A DNA stretch of 48,498 nt from Thermoleophilia bacterium (GCA_017882525.1 JADGPI010000132.1:1-48498); one strand, 5' to 3'; counted from the stretch's first letter, positions 9,183-22,103 are shown. Made by a program: numbers and translations. The notes: a model not told the origin generated them from the letters alone.

Positions 9183-9875
9183 CTACCTCGAACGGCTGAT
9201 CAAGATCAACCTTACCAAGTTCAGAATCGCCATGAGCGCCGCGGCCACATACGTGAGAGCAGCCGCATTCAGAACGGCTTTGGCGCCGTCTAGTTCCCCG
9301 GCGACAAGGATGCCATGGTCGGAAAGCTGGCGGATCGCCCGCTGCGAGGCGTTGAACTCCACGGGCAGGGTCACCAGTGTGAAGATCACGGCCACCGAGA
9401 ACAGGGCGATCCCGAGGTTCATGATCATCGCGTTGCGACCGAAGAAGAAGAGCCCGATAAAGAACAGGATGAATCCCAAGTTGCTGCCGAAACGCGCCGC
9501 CGGCACCATGGCGCCGCGGACCACGAGTGGCGCGTAATGGTCGGCATGCTGAAGAGCGTGGCCCGCCTCATGGGCCGCGACCCCGACGGACGCGAGGGAG
9601 TTGCTGTTACCAACATCCGGGCTCAGCCGCAACGTCCGCGACCGAGGGTCGTAATTGTCGGAGAGCCGGCCGCCGCCTATCTCGATGCCCACTCCCTGAA
9701 GGGCGGCGGAGTCCAGCAGCATACGGGCGGCCTGCGCGCCGGTGAGTCCGCGAGCCGAGGGAATCTGAGAGTAACGGTTGAATGTGGAGCTCACCCTGAC
9801 CTGTGCATATATCCCCAGGATAAGTGCGGGGATGAGCAGAATGATGGACCAGTATCCCCCGAGGAACAAAGGCAT
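9183..9875 (-). CDS. membrane zinc metallopeptidase (YugP/Zn_peptidase_2 family)
   Basis: GLTGAQAAR, LSDNYDP, VAAHEAGHALQH, TLPVEFNAS.RA, AAALTYVAA. Confidence 0.9.
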   Translation of the reverse strand: MPLFLGGYWSIILLIPALILGIYAQVRVSSTFNRYSQIPSARGLTGAQAARMLLDSAALQGVGIEIGGGRLSDNYDPRSRTLRLSPDVGNSNSLASVGVAAHEAGHALQHADHYAPLVVRGAMVPAARFGSNLGFILFFIGLFFFGRNAMIMNLGIALFSVAVIFTLVTLPVEFNASQRAIRQLSDHGILVAGELDGAKAVLNAAALTYVAAALMAILNLVRLILISRSR

Positions 9876-10050
9876 GTGCGCTTCTCCTTGCCTTTAGCTA
9901 TCAAACCACGACCGTTTCGAAAGAAAATGATAACAGAACGGGTGGATGGACCGAGTCCAGGCCGGCTTCTGGGCCGGCCGGGTTTGCCCACGTCTCAAGT
10001 GCGGGTATGTGCCCACGGCTAGGGTAGAACGAACGAGGAGGAGGTTCTGG

Positions 10051-10380
10051 ATGCGAAGGAAGACTGCTGTCGTGCTTGCGTTCTCGTTAGTAGCGGCCCT
10101 CCTGATCGTCGCTCTGGCGGTCGCCTCGTGCGGCGGTAGCACTACCACGACAGTCGGGGCGAGCACCACGGTCTCTCCGGCCACAACGGGCGCGATCAAT
10201 GCGGCGGCCCTCTTCGCTCAGGATTGCCAAGGGTGTCACGGCAGCATCCCGAGCGTCAGTCTGGACGTCGTGAAGGCCACGATCCAGAACGGCAGAGGCA
10301 GCATGCCGGGCTTCGCAGACAAGCTGATGGCCGATCAGATCTCAGCTCTGGCCAACTACGTTGCCTCGGGCGGCAAGTGA
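10051..10380 (+). CDS. lipoprotein monoheme cytochrome c (copy 1)
   Basis: SD GAGGAGG; signal peptide with lipobox VASC; Thr-rich linker; CQGCH heme motif; SMPGF axial Met. Confidence 0.88.
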   Translation: MRRKTAVVLAFSLVAALLIVALAVASCGGSTTTTVGASTTVSPATTGAINAAALFAQDCQGCHGSIPSVSLDVVKATIQNGRGSMPGFADKLMADQISALANYVASGGK

Positions 10381-10443
10381 CAGCCGGATACCGCATAGCG
10401 CCCACCGAAGTGGGGCGGCAAAACGCGAATAGTGGGGGGGAGA

Positions 10444-10893
10444 ATGAGTAGAAGAAGAGTAATTGTCCTCGTGACGTCGCTTGTGATCATTCTGGCGGTC
10501 GCGCTGGTGGTCGCTTCGTGTGGCAACAGCGCGACGACCACGACGCAGACTCCGACCACGCAGACTGCGACTACGGCGCCTGCCACCACGGGTTCGACGG
10601 AAGCCAGCACGACGACCACGGCTGCGTCCACCACCACGACCGCGGCAGCAACGACAACAACAGCGGCGCCCACCACCACCTTGGCGCCCACCACCGCGAC
10701 AGCCGCGGTAAGCGCGGCAGCGCTCTACGCGGCGAACTGCGCCGGGTGCCATAGCAACGTCCCCAAAGCTAGCGCCGCGACCGCCAAGACCGTCATACAG
10801 GGCGGCAGGGAAAGCATGCCCGGCTTCAAGAGCAAGCTGAGCGCGGCCGAGATAACCGCCCTTGCGAACTATGTGGCCTCCGGAGGCAAATAG
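10444..10893 (+). CDS. lipoprotein monoheme cytochrome c (copy 2, long Thr/Ala linker)
   Basis: Lipobox VASC; ~60-aa T/A linker; CAGCH; SMPGF; ends ALANYVASGGK like copy 1. Confidence 0.88.
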   Translation: MSRRRVIVLVTSLVIILAVALVVASCGNSATTTTQTPTTQTATTAPATTGSTEASTTTTAASTTTTAAATTTTAAPTTTLAPTTATAAVSAAALYAANCAGCHSNVPKASAATAKTVIQGGRESMPGFKSKLSAAEITALANYVASGGK

Positions 10894-10930
10894 CCCGACA
10901 GCCGGACCCGCGAAGAACGATGAGTCAAAC

Positions 10931-10962
10931 AAAAGGCCCGCCCTTTCCGGGGCGGGCCTTTC
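10931..10962. terminator. bidirectional intrinsic terminator between the cytochrome c genes and gyrA
   Basis: AAAAGGCCCGCCC-tttccg-GGGCGGGCCTTT: GC stem with A and T tracts on either side. Confidence 0.85.
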
Positions 10963-10980
10963 TTGTCTTGCGACCGGGCG

Positions 10981-13581
10981 CTAGAGGTCGCGCCCGGTGT
11001 CGGTCTCGCCCGGTCCTTCGAGATCGTCGTCCAGTTCCTCGTCAAAGTTCTCGTCCGACTCTTCGGTGGGTTCGAACCCCTCGTCTGCCAGATAGTCCTC
11101 GGACAGACCGTCGACAGCGCCGTCACCATCAATGTGGCCATTCCCGTTGCCATCGGAGCTGGTCACTACCCGAGCCATACTGGACACCTTGTCCGCACCG
11201 CGCAGGTGCATGACCCGAACGCCCATGGTGTTGCGGCCTGTGGTACGAACGCTGATAACGGGAACCCGGATGACCGTGCCATCTTGGCTGATGAGCATCA
11301 GTTCGTGGTTGTTCCGCACCGAGGTCACGCCCACGAGGTCACCCCGGTCGGGGCTATCCTTGATTGTGATCACACCCTGGCCCCCGCGCTTCTGCGTGGG
11401 GTAGCTCGACGCCGGGGTCCGCTTGCCGTAGCCCCCGCTCGTGACGCAGAAGATGTCGGCGTCATCTTCGGCCACGGCCATTCCTATGAGCGAATGCCCC
11501 GCTGGGATGCGCATGCCCATCACGCCGCTGGTGTTCCGGCCCATGGGGCGGGCATCGTATTCGTGGAAGCGGATCGCCTTCCCCTCTGACGAGACGAGGA
11601 TGAGGTCGTCGTGACCGCTCGTGTGCCGCACGGCGACCAACTCGTCGTCGGCGGCCAGGTTGATGGCGATGATGCCGTCTGCCTTGAGAGACGTGGCATA
11701 GTCGAGGAAGCGGGTCTTCTTCACCACCCCCTGTCTGGTGGCGAACACCAGGTACTTGGCATCCGTGTAGTCCTTCGTGGCGATGACGGCCTTGATGTTC
11801 TCACCCTGTGCGAGCGGCAGCAGGTTCGCCACGTGCCGGCCCTTGCTTTGACGGCTGCCCAGCGGGAGTTCGTGAACCTTCACCCGGTAGATCTTTCCGC
11901 GCGAGGTTATGAAAAGCAGGAAATGATGAGTGGTGGTTATGAAGAGGTGCTCGATGTAATCGCCCTCTTTGAGGTCCATCCCCATGACCCCTATGCCCCC
12001 CCGGTGCTGCGTGCGGTAGGTGGAGACCGGCAGGCGCTTGACATACCCGGAGTTGGTGATGGAAATCACCATTTCCTCCACTGCGATCATGTCCTCGATG
12101 TCGATCTCGTCCTCGGAGGGCAGGATCTCCGTGCGGCGGTCGTCCCCGTACATCTGCTGGATCTCGAGCAGCTCCTCCTTGATCACCCCGTTGACACGGG
12201 ATTCGCTTCCTAGGATGTCTTCGAGATAGGCGATGCGCTCGAGAAGGTCGCGGTGCTCTTCTTCGATCTTGTGGCGCTCGAGGGCGGTCAGGTTCCGGAG
12301 ACGAAGGTCGACGATAGCCTGGGACTGTTCGTCGGAGAGCCCAAAGCGGGACATGAGCCCCATCTTGGCCGCCTCTGCGTCCTCGCTGGAGCGGATGATC
12401 CGGATGACCTCGTCCAGGTTGCTGATCGCTATCAGCAGCCCTTCCAAGATATGAGCCCGTTTCTTGGCCTTGTCGAGCTCGAAGCGGGTGCGGCGGACGA
12501 TGACGTCCTTCTGGTGTGCGATGTAATAGCGCAAAACGTCGCGTAGGCTGAGGGTCTTCGGCACTCCGTCGGCCAGAGCAAGCATGTTGACCCCGAAGGT
12601 GGACTGCATGGAGGTATGCTTGAAGAGCTTGTTGAGCACGACCTTGGGGATGGCTTCCCGTTTGAGCTCGATGACCACCCGCATGCCGGAGCGGTCCGAC
12701 TCGTCCCGCAGGTCGGAGATCTCGCTGATCTTCTTCTCTCGCACCAACTCTGCGATCTTTTCGATGAGCTGGGCCTTGTTCACCTGGTATGGGAGCTCGG
12801 TGACGATGATGGCCGTTTTGCCCTGCTTGATGGGCTCGGTGTGAGCCCGCGCCCGCACGACCACGCGGCCCCGCCCCGTCTCGTACGCCTCCCGGATGCC
12901 GGCGTGCCCCATGATCAGTCCAGCCGTCGGGAAATCGGGCCCTTTTATGTAGCGCATGAGATCGAGGCTGGTCAGGCTCGGGTCGTCGATGAGGGCGACA
13001 GTGGCGCCGATCGTCTCCCGCAGGTTGTGCGGCGGGATGTTTGTGGCCATGCCCACCGCGATCCCAGAGCTGCCGTTGACCAGAAGATTGGGGAAACGGG
13101 ATGGGAGGACTTTCGGTTCTTCCCTGCTCTCGTCGTAGTTGGGCGTCCAATCGACCGTATCCGCATCGATGTCGCGGAGCATCTCCACCGCGATGCGCGC
13201 AAGCCGGCACTCCGTGTAGCGCATGGCCGCCGCGGCGTCCCCGTCCACGGAGCCGAAGTTGCCGTGGCCGTCCACCAGCGGATAGCGGATAGAGAAGTTC
13301 TGGGCCATCCGCACCAGCGCGTCGTAGATGGCCTGGTCGCCGTGGGGATGGAAGTTCCCCATGACGTCCCCCACGATCCGCGCACATTTGCGGTACGGCC
13401 GGTTGGGCTGCATGCCGGAATCGTGCATGCCAAACAGCACCCGACGGTGGACCGGCTTGAGGCCGTCGCGTACGTCGGGCAGCGCGCGGCCGACGATCAC
13501 GCTCATGGCGTAATCGAGATAGGACGCGCGCATCTCGTCCGCTATCTCGATCTGCTCTATCTTGCCCTGCAGTGTCTCCAT
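10981..13581 (-). CDS. gyrA: DNA gyrase subunit A
   Basis: [40 protein letters not shown] catalytic Tyr, GyrA-box QHRGGIG, acidic tail. Confidence 0.98.
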   Translation of the reverse strand: METLQGKIEQIEIADEMRASYLDYAMSVIVGRALPDVRDGLKPVHRRVLFGMHDSGMQPNRPYRKCARIVGDVMGNFHPHGDQAIYDALVRMAQNFSIRYPLVDGHGNFGSVDGDAAAAMRYTECRLARIAVEMLRDIDADTVDWTPNYDESREEPKVLPSRFPNLLVNGSSGIAVGMATNIPPHNLRETIGATVALIDDPSLTSLDLMRYIKGPDFPTAGLIMGHAGIREAYETGRGRVVVRARAHTEPIKQGKTAIIVTELPYQVNKAQLIEKIAELVREKKISEISDLRDESDRSGMRVVIELKREAIPKVVLNKLFKHTSMQSTFGVNMLALADGVPKTLSLRDVLRYYIAHQKDVIVRRTRFELDKAKKRAHILEGLLIAISNLDEVIRIIRSSEDAEAAKMGLMSRFGLSDEQSQAIVDLRLRNLTALERHKIEEEHRDLLERIAYLEDILGSESRVNGVIKEELLEIQQMYGDDRRTEILPSEDEIDIEDMIAVEEMVISITNSGYVKRLPVSTYRTQHRGGIGVMGMDLKEGDYIEHLFITTTHHFLLFITSRGKIYRVKVHELPLGSRQSKGRHVANLLPLAQGENIKAVIATKDYTDAKYLVFATRQGVVKKTRFLDYATSLKADGIIAINLAADDELVAVRHTSGHDDLILVSSEGKAIRFHEYDARPMGRNTSGVMGMRIPAGHSLIGMAVAEDDADIFCVTSGGYGKRTPASSYPTQKRGGQGVITIKDSPDRGDLVGVTSVRNNHELMLISQDGTVIRVPVISVRTTGRNTMGVRVMHLRGADKVSSMARVVTSSDGNGNGHIDGDGAVDGLSEDYLADEGFEPTEESDENFDEELDDDLEGPGETDTGRDL

Positions 13582-13630
13582 GCCTCAGTCCTGGCGCCGG
13601 TAAGTTCGGCCGTCCGGTCGACCGCCGCGC

Positions 13631-15862
<2,232 letters not shown>

Positions 15863-16056
15863 TCACAGGGGTGATGGAGGTGCTCCCGAGATACTGGAAA
15901 CAGAACCGATCTCCGCCGCGGAAGGTGCGATTCATGGTCGCGATATGATAGCACATCGAGGGGCTTTCGACTCGGGAATTTACGCTCAGAGCGCACTTTT
16001 CCACCTACGGAGGCCTGGCGGCCGACGCTGCTAGGCCGGGCCAGCGTCTCTCTGAG

Positions 16057-16689
16057 TCACTTGTCGCGACGAGCTGCAAACGCCGCCTTCATCGCTCTCA
16101 GTATCTGCTCCCGCAGGCGCTCGTCTGCGCACATATGCTCGACTTCCGCCAGCGCGGCGGCCTCTTCGGCGCTCGGCCGGAATACTCCGGCCGCCGCTCC
16201 CTGGGGCACTTGCCCCTCGTCCGCTGGAGACACCCGTGGCGGCGCCTCCCAGCCTGCGTGACGGAAGACGATCTCCTTTACTGTGTCCTCTCCTAGCGAC
16301 CGGTTCAGCTGATCTTGGATCTGCTCTCTCATGAACTGGAGGGTCTGGGCCCACACCGGCGAGGAGGTTGCCACCACAAGCCTCCCTTGCCTCAACTGGA
16401 GAGGCCGCGCGTTCGCGGCTATGTCGCCACCTACCAGCCCTTCCCAGACCCTCGCAAGCCCTCTCTCCAGCCCGTTCCTCGCCGGGAGGGACCGAGGGAC
16501 AGCCCGCCTCGTCTCGGTAGCTGAGGCATCGTCCGCCGAAGCAGGCACAAGTACGTCGCCAAGAAGATCCCCAAGCTTGGTGAAGTCACCGCAGTCGTGG
16601 TGGCTTCCGCCGGCCCCGTTCTGACGGGCGCCGGCGCCGCGGGCCTCCCGGCCGGACCCTTCGCCGTCCTGTTTTCCGCGCCCGCTCAT
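16057..16689 (-). CDS. DUF721 / DciA family protein
   Basis: LARVWEGLVGGDIAANARP...GRLVVATSSPVWAQTLQFM...I..LN..LG...VKEIVF; lies between recF and gyrB; ATGA overlap with recF. Confidence 0.85.
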   Translation of the reverse strand: MSGRGKQDGEGSGREARGAGARQNGAGGSHHDCGDFTKLGDLLGDVLVPASADDASATETRRAVPRSLPARNGLERGLARVWEGLVGGDIAANARPLQLRQGRLVVATSSPVWAQTLQFMREQIQDQLNRSLGEDTVKEIVFRHAGWEAPPRVSPADEGQVPQGAAAGVFRPSAEEAAALAEVEHMCADERLREQILRAMKAAFAARRDK

Positions 16690-17789
16690 GTCCGGACCAG
16701 CGTCTCCGGACGGGAAAGATCGACCACATGAGCCTCGCTCAACTCCTCGGAGGAGAAGTGACTAGGGTCTGTCGTGGTGATCACCGTCTGCCCGCCCTGA
16801 CTCAAAAGCGCGACCAGGGCCCGCCGCCGGCCCGTGTCCAGCTCACTCATCACGTCGTCCAGAAGAAGCAGTGGTTGTGAGGACGATCCGCACAGATACG
16901 CCCATTCCGCGAGAACCAGGGCAAGTACGGCCGCCCGTTGCTCTCCCTGCGATGCGCAGTCGCGCATGTCGAGCTCCCGGCGCACGAGACGCAAGTCGTC
17001 GCGATGAGGGCCCAAGTGGGTGAAGGTCCGTTGCTGGTCGGCCGCTCGGGAGGCCACCAAGCGGCTCTCATACGCCTGTTCGTCCATGTCGCCGACGTTG
17101 GTCCTATAGACCAGTCTCACCGAATCCGCGGGCTCGCCCGTGAGCTCGGCGTAAGTGACTTGGAAGGAACGCACGAACGAAGCGAGTGCCGCGCTGCGAC
17201 GGCTGACCACGGCGAGCCCGGTCTTGGCCAGCATGGCATCCCAGGGGGAGTACTGATCGCCGGCATCCCCATGCCTGGCGGAGCGGAGAAGAGCGTTGCG
17301 TTGCGCCAGGGCCTGGTCGTATTGGCGAAGGACGCTCCTATAGTCGGGTTGGCACCGGGAGCACAGGGTGTCCAGATACTCACGGCGCCGCCGGGGACTA
17401 CCCTTGATAAGACGGAGGTCGTCAGGCAAAAAACTCCGCACCGGCACCCTGCCCTCCCAGCGCGAAAAATCGTCAAGCACTGCCCCGTCGGCGGTGGCTT
17501 TCCGCTCCCCGTCCCGGGACATGGCAACAGCCGCTATGACGATCGCGCCCGCTTCCTCGAGGGTTGCTTCCACGCGTAGGTAGTCCTGGCCGTGTGTCAT
17601 GAGGTCCCGCGGAGTGCCCGGCCGCAACATCGACCCGCACAGCACGATATTGGCCGCCTCCAGAACGGTCGTCTTCCCCGCGCCGTTCAGTCCAACAAGG
17701 ACGTTCAGGCCCGGCTGCAGCGCTACTTCAAGCTCTCTGTGCGCCCGCAGATTGGTGAGACGTAGTGCCCGGACCAGCACAGGTGTCAC
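16686..17789 (-). CDS. recF: DNA replication/repair protein RecF
   Basis: Walker A GLNGAGKTT, GSPRRRR, QRNALL, GPHRDD, SQGEQR, LLLLDDVMSELD. Confidence 0.95.
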   Translation of the reverse strand: MTPVLVRALRLTNLRAHRELEVALQPGLNVLVGLNGAGKTTVLEAANIVLCGSMLRPGTPRDLMTHGQDYLRVEATLEEAGAIVIAAVAMSRDGERKATADGAVLDDFSRWEGRVPVRSFLPDDLRLIKGSPRRRREYLDTLCSRCQPDYRSVLRQYDQALAQRNALLRSARHGDAGDQYSPWDAMLAKTGLAVVSRRSAALASFVRSFQVTYAELTGEPADSVRLVYRTNVGDMDEQAYESRLVASRAADQQRTFTHLGPHRDDLRLVRRELDMRDCASQGEQRAAVLALVLAEWAYLCGSSSQPLLLLDDVMSELDTGRRRALVALLSQGGQTVITTTDPSHFSSEELSEAHVVDLSRPETLVRT

Positions 17790-18085
17790 GCCCCTCGCGG
17801 GCCGCTCGAGCCTCCAGGCTTGCCGCCAGGCGCCGTATGATCCCTGCGTGGCGACCGGTCTCGGGCCTCCGAGGCCCCGCTTTCTTCCACCCTTACCTCA
17901 GCCCCCGGTACCGCGACGACGTCGCCGACCGCGAGTTTCCGGCCGCGTCGGTCCTCGGTCTGACCGTTGACGCGAACCTGGCCGGAGAGAACCAGGGCCT
18001 TCGCATCGCCGCCGCTGCCCACCACTCCCGCGGCTTTTAAGAATTGCCCCAGGTTGATGGGGAGAATCACCGCGATCCCGGTCAT
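17786..18085 (-). CDS. S4-domain RNA-binding protein (YaaA/YbcJ family)
   Basis: INLGQFLKAAGVVGSGGDAK...VRVNG..EDRRGRKL..GDVV; overlaps the dnaN stop and the recF start. Confidence 0.9.
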   Translation of the reverse strand: MTGIAVILPINLGQFLKAAGVVGSGGDAKALVLSGQVRVNGQTEDRRGRKLAVGDVVAVPGAEVRVEESGASEARDRSPRRDHTAPGGKPGGSSGPRGA

Positions 18086-19185
18086 TCGTTCAGGCGGATG
18101 GGCATCACCAGATAGAGAAAGTCGTCGCCCGCACCCTTCAGCAAGCCCGGCCGTAGCGGGCTGATGAGACGGAGATATACCGGAGATTCCTTGACAGCGG
18201 CGACCCCCGCTTCCAGGAATTCCGGGTTGAAGCCGATTTCGAGGTCTTCGCCCTCGTAATGGACGGGCATCGCTTCGCGCGCCCTCCCAACATCCTGCGA
18301 CTCAGCCGAGACAGTGAGATTGTGGTTGGAGAAGTGCAGGCGAAGAGGTGCGTTCTTCTGCGCAAGCAGTCCGATGCGGCGGATGGCCTCCAAGAGCTCC
18401 TCCCGGTCGACGGCAACCTCATAGTCGAAGGTATCGGGGATCAGCTGCTTGTAGTTGGGGAATTGCCCGTCGATCAGCCGCGAAATGATCGACACGCCTC
18501 CTAGCTCGAAGAGCACCTGGTTGTCGGTGGGGACGATCTTGATGTGGTCGTCCGAGACTGCCGCGGCCACTCGTGACAACTCGGTCAAAGTGCGGGCCGG
18601 GATGATCGCCTGGAACTTTTCGCTGACAGACGACTCCACCGGCGTCTCTTTCACACTCAAACGATAGCTATCCGTAGCCACCATCTTGACGGAGTTCTTC
18701 GCGAAGTGGATCTGAACGCCGGTGAGCACAGGCCTCGTTTCGTCGCGAGAGGCTGATGGGGTAACTCTGTCGACGGTCTCGATGAATGCCGCTTTCTCTA
18801 CTGAGAACCCGCCCTCAGGAAAAATCGGGAACTGCGGGAAGTCCGCGGCCGCGAGGGAATGAAGGACAAAGACAGATTCGCCGGCACGGATCTCCACCTG
18901 TGTCTCTCCAGGGCGTTGCTCGATGACAACGTCTCCACTTGGAAGACTGCGCGCTATGTCAGTGAGTATGCGTGCCGGAAGAACCAGCGCGCCGGGTTGC
19001 TCCACTCTACCGGCCAGAGGCGCCTTGATCGAGATTTCCATGTCCGTTGAGCAGACCACGACCCGATCTTCTCCTGCATCCACCAACACGCCGGACAGAA
19101 CTTGGATCGAGCTCCGAGAAGACACGGCCTTGTTGGCGACAGCGAGACATTCAACAAGTGAGGGTTTATTCGTGATCAGCTTCAT
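18082..19185 (-). CDS. dnaN: DNA polymerase III beta clamp
   Basis: STDMEIS, ASRDETRPVLTG, VATDSYRL, SRLIDGQFPNY, IGFNP, YLVMPIR. Confidence 0.97.
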   Translation of the reverse strand: MKLITNKPSLVECLAVANKAVSSRSSIQVLSGVLVDAGEDRVVVCSTDMEISIKAPLAGRVEQPGALVLPARILTDIARSLPSGDVVIEQRPGETQVEIRAGESVFVLHSLAAADFPQFPIFPEGGFSVEKAAFIETVDRVTPSASRDETRPVLTGVQIHFAKNSVKMVATDSYRLSVKETPVESSVSEKFQAIIPARTLTELSRVAAAVSDDHIKIVPTDNQVLFELGGVSIISRLIDGQFPNYKQLIPDTFDYEVAVDREELLEAIRRIGLLAQKNAPLRLHFSNHNLTVSAESQDVGRAREAMPVHYEGEDLEIGFNPEFLEAGVAAVKESPVYLRLISPLRPGLLKGAGDDFLYLVMPIRLNE

Positions 19186-19199
19186 CGGTGCTCCTCGCT

Positions 19200-19470
19200 G
19201 ACGAGCGGTTGCTGGTGGATCGCTTATTACTATTAGATTGTTTAGAGAGAAATATAGCGGGTGTGATAAGGACTGTGGAAGGCGTTGATAAACACTACGA
19301 AAGCGGCCGGAGCAGGGACGGAGGGCTTTGCTGCCGGCCGGTTGGTTGTGGAGCCGCGGTGGACAACCGAGAACAAGGTGTCGCCGGACTGAGAGCGCTT
19401 GGAGAATGGTCCTGACTCTGCACTGCCTCTCCCTGTGTTATGCGCAAGCACATGTGGATAAGTAATCGTG
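19200..19470. other. oriC unwinding region (dnaA-dnaN intergenic)
   Basis: Perfect DnaA box TGTGGATAA 19453-19461; degenerate boxes near 19274-19291, 19358-19366, 19438-19446; AT-rich tract 19224-19257. Confidence 0.8.
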
Positions 19471-19506
19471 GCGATTCGGCCCCAGCGTTGCGACGCCGGG
19501 GGGCTC

Positions 19507-20958
19507 TTACCGAGTGCTTTTGACCTTCGTGGTCACCCGCTGGACCAGGTTGTACATCTCTCTGTTCTCCCGCATCAACCTCGTGATCTTGTCGACAGCG
19601 TGGAGGACAGTCGTGTGATCCCTGCCGCCGACTCGCTCGCCGATCTTAGGCAGGCTGGCGTCGGTTAGCTCACGTGCAAGATACATGGCTATATGGCGCG
19701 CTTCGACTACCGGCCGGGAGCGCTTGTCACCGGTCAGTTCCGTTATGGACACTCCTGTAGTCTCGGCCACCGTAGATAGGATCAGCTCTATCGTGATGCG
19801 TGACGAGGCGGTCTCGGGGATGTCCTTCAAAACCTCCCGCGCCGATTCTACGTCGAGCGGCCTGTTGCTGAAGGAGGAGAAAGCAACGACGCGCGTGAGG
19901 CAACCCTCGAGTTCTCGGATGTTACTCGGGACTCGGGAGGCGATGAAGGTGAGAACATCGTCATCCGCGAGCCGGATGCCTTCGATACGGACTTTCTTCC
20001 GAAGGATAGCGATCCTCGTCTCCAGGTCGGGCGGCTGGATGTCGGTTATCAGACCCCATTCGAACCTTGACACCAACCGGTCCTCCAACGTGCGGAGACC
20101 TTTCGGGTGGCGGTCTGAGGTGATGACGATCTGTTTGCCGGAGTCGTACAGGGTGTTGAACGTGTGAAAGAACTCTTCCTGCGTCTGCTCTTTCTTCTCG
20201 AGAAACTGGATGTCGTCGATAAGCAGAACATCATTGGTGCGGTAGCGATTCTTGAACCCTTCGATGCTGTCGTCTCGGAGCGAATTGATGAAGTCATTGG
20301 TGAACATCTCGATGGTCACATAGCGCACCTTGAGATCGGGGGCGTTCCGAAGGACGTATTGGCCTATGGCCTGGAGGAGATGGGTCTTGCCGAGGCCGAC
20401 GCCCCCGTAGATGAAGAGGGGGTTGTAGGCTGTGCCGGGGCTCTCCGCTGCCGCCAACGCCGCGGCATGCGCGAAGCGGTTCGAGGGACCGATGACGAAC
20501 GTATCGAACGTGTATCTGTCGTTGAGTCCCACAGCAGACACAGGTGCGGCCGGCGGCGTGGACGCCGACGCCGAGCCTCGCCCGGACGTGGCGGTCGTTC
20601 GGGTGCCCTGTCGAGCGCCGCTTCGCGGGCCAGTTTGGTCTGTGCTCGGGTGCGGGCTCGCGACCAGAGAGGCCGGCTCTTCTTGGCTGAGTGACTGCGA
20701 GAGCTCATGGGAGACTACGATGCGACAGCGCACCGCGTCACCGACGACTTGGGATACGGCATCGGCGATGAGCGCTTGGAAACGAGCGTCTATCCAATCC
20801 TTCGCGAAGTCCGAGGGAACTCCGACTGTGTACGTGTCGTCGAGCAGGCCCAGGCCGACCGTGGCGTCGAACCAGATGCGGTATGTCCCTTCGTTCACCT
20901 GCTGGGAGATGAGCTTCAGAGCCTCTTCCCAGATAGGATCATTGGTGGCCTTGTCCAA
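19507..20958 (-). CDS. dnaA: chromosomal replication initiator DnaA
   Basis: YTFDTFVIGPSNRFA, YGGVGLGKTHLL, DDIQF, SRFEWGL, NIRELEG, GGRDHTTVLHA; start TTG 20958 after SD GGGAGG. Confidence 0.98.
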   Translation of the reverse strand: MDKATNDPIWEEALKLISQQVNEGTYRIWFDATVGLGLLDDTYTVGVPSDFAKDWIDARFQALIADAVSQVVGDAVRCRIVVSHELSQSLSQEEPASLVASPHPSTDQTGPRSGARQGTRTTATSGRGSASASTPPAAPVSAVGLNDRYTFDTFVIGPSNRFAHAAALAAAESPGTAYNPLFIYGGVGLGKTHLLQAIGQYVLRNAPDLKVRYVTIEMFTNDFINSLRDDSIEGFKNRYRTNDVLLIDDIQFLEKKEQTQEEFFHTFNTLYDSGKQIVITSDRHPKGLRTLEDRLVSRFEWGLITDIQPPDLETRIAILRKKVRIEGIRLADDDVLTFIASRVPSNIRELEGCLTRVVAFSSFSNRPLDVESAREVLKDIPETASSRITIELILSTVAETTGVSITELTGDKRSRPVVEARHIAMYLARELTDASLPKIGERVGGRDHTTVLHAVDKITRLMRENREMYNLVQRVTTKVKSTR

Positions 20959-21072
20959 GAGAGCCCCTCCCGACCATTGAGCAGCATCGAACACGAGCGA
21001 CAGATGAGGCACGCCCGACAGCGTCGTCAATCCCGCGAGTCGCTCTCCCCCAGAGCCGAGCGCCCGCCAGGT

Positions 21073-22044
21073 TCAGAGTACCTCGTCCAGGTAAGCCAGG
21101 CCCGCGTCCGTGACCACCCGATGGCCGCTCGCCCTAGAAGAGACGAATCCCTCATGTTCCAAGGCGACGAGGTCACGGTAGGCGGTCGACGTCGCAACCC
21201 CGAGTTCCTCGGCGATACGGGTCGGACCCACCGGAGCGAGCTCCACCGTCAGGAGCAAGGTCTTAAGCTGGCGCTCGGGGAGATTATAGGTCGGGACCGC
21301 TCGAGACGCGAGAGTCTTCTCCGGCGGAAGAGCGACACGAACGGTAACCACGGTGCCCCGGCCCAGGTTGTCCTCTATCTCAAGAGCGCCGTCCAGACTG
21401 CCCAGGGTCTCGCGGATCACGGAGAATCCCGAGCCCACCCCTCTGATGTATTGCTTTGCCGCGGCATCCGCGGATGTGAATCCCGGCTGAAGCACAGCCT
21501 CTTTGTCGCGGATCCCGGGACCCCGATCCGAGACCCTAACAGTGTTGCCCCGGTCGAGGATCGTGACCACCACACCTTCGAAAGATGCATGGACGAGATT
21601 GTCCACGAGCTCTCGCAGCACCGGGTAGGGCAGTCTGCCCCCTTGTTCCTTCGCCAATTCGTAGACGCGAGTGGTGATGGCATCCAGGAGCTGTGGAAGG
21701 CGCGTCTCCGCGATGGAGACCACTAGGGGTGGATGGTGGGAGTCTTCGTAAAGGGCTATGCGCGGCGGCTCGCGCTCCAAGCCGGGCCAGGCAGGCGGAC
21801 TTTCGTGTAGGCTCTTCCCGTCCGTCCGCTCTTCGCCGGAATAGCTGCCGCCGATCGGAGTCTCGCCCGGGCGCGGCTCACCCTGGATCCCAAGGTCGGA
21901 GCTCCTGGCCACGGGCGTCTCCCATCGGTCCTTGTGTCGAACTTCGCTCTGACTACTCCCCGGCTGCACAGGGGCCTGCGCAGTGGGCTCCGTGGGGGCG
22001 GAGCCGTGCGGGAGGCTTGAAGTGGTGGCCTCATCGGCGAGCAT
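21073..22044 (-). CDS. GHKL (HATPase_c) ATP-binding protein fused to a C-terminal winged HTH; start uncertain
   Basis: N box RELVDNLVHA, G1 SDRGPGI, PGFTS..RGVGSGF, GRGTVVTV; HTH GPTRIAEELGVATSTAYRDLVALEHEGFV plus wing GHRVVTDAG. Confidence 0.85.
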   Translation of the reverse strand: MLADEATTSSLPHGSAPTEPTAQAPVQPGSSQSEVRHKDRWETPVARSSDLGIQGEPRPGETPIGGSYSGEERTDGKSLHESPPAWPGLEREPPRIALYEDSHHPPLVVSIAETRLPQLLDAITTRVYELAKEQGGRLPYPVLRELVDNLVHASFEGVVVTILDRGNTVRVSDRGPGIRDKEAVLQPGFTSADAAAKQYIRGVGSGFSVIRETLGSLDGALEIEDNLGRGTVVTVRVALPPEKTLASRAVPTYNLPERQLKTLLLTVELAPVGPTRIAEELGVATSTAYRDLVALEHEGFVSSRASGHRVVTDAGLAYLDEVL

Positions 22045-22103
22045 GGCTTGAAGTGGTCCCCCCGAGCGCGGCAGCAGATAGCACGTGCCAAGAATGCCTC
22101 GCC

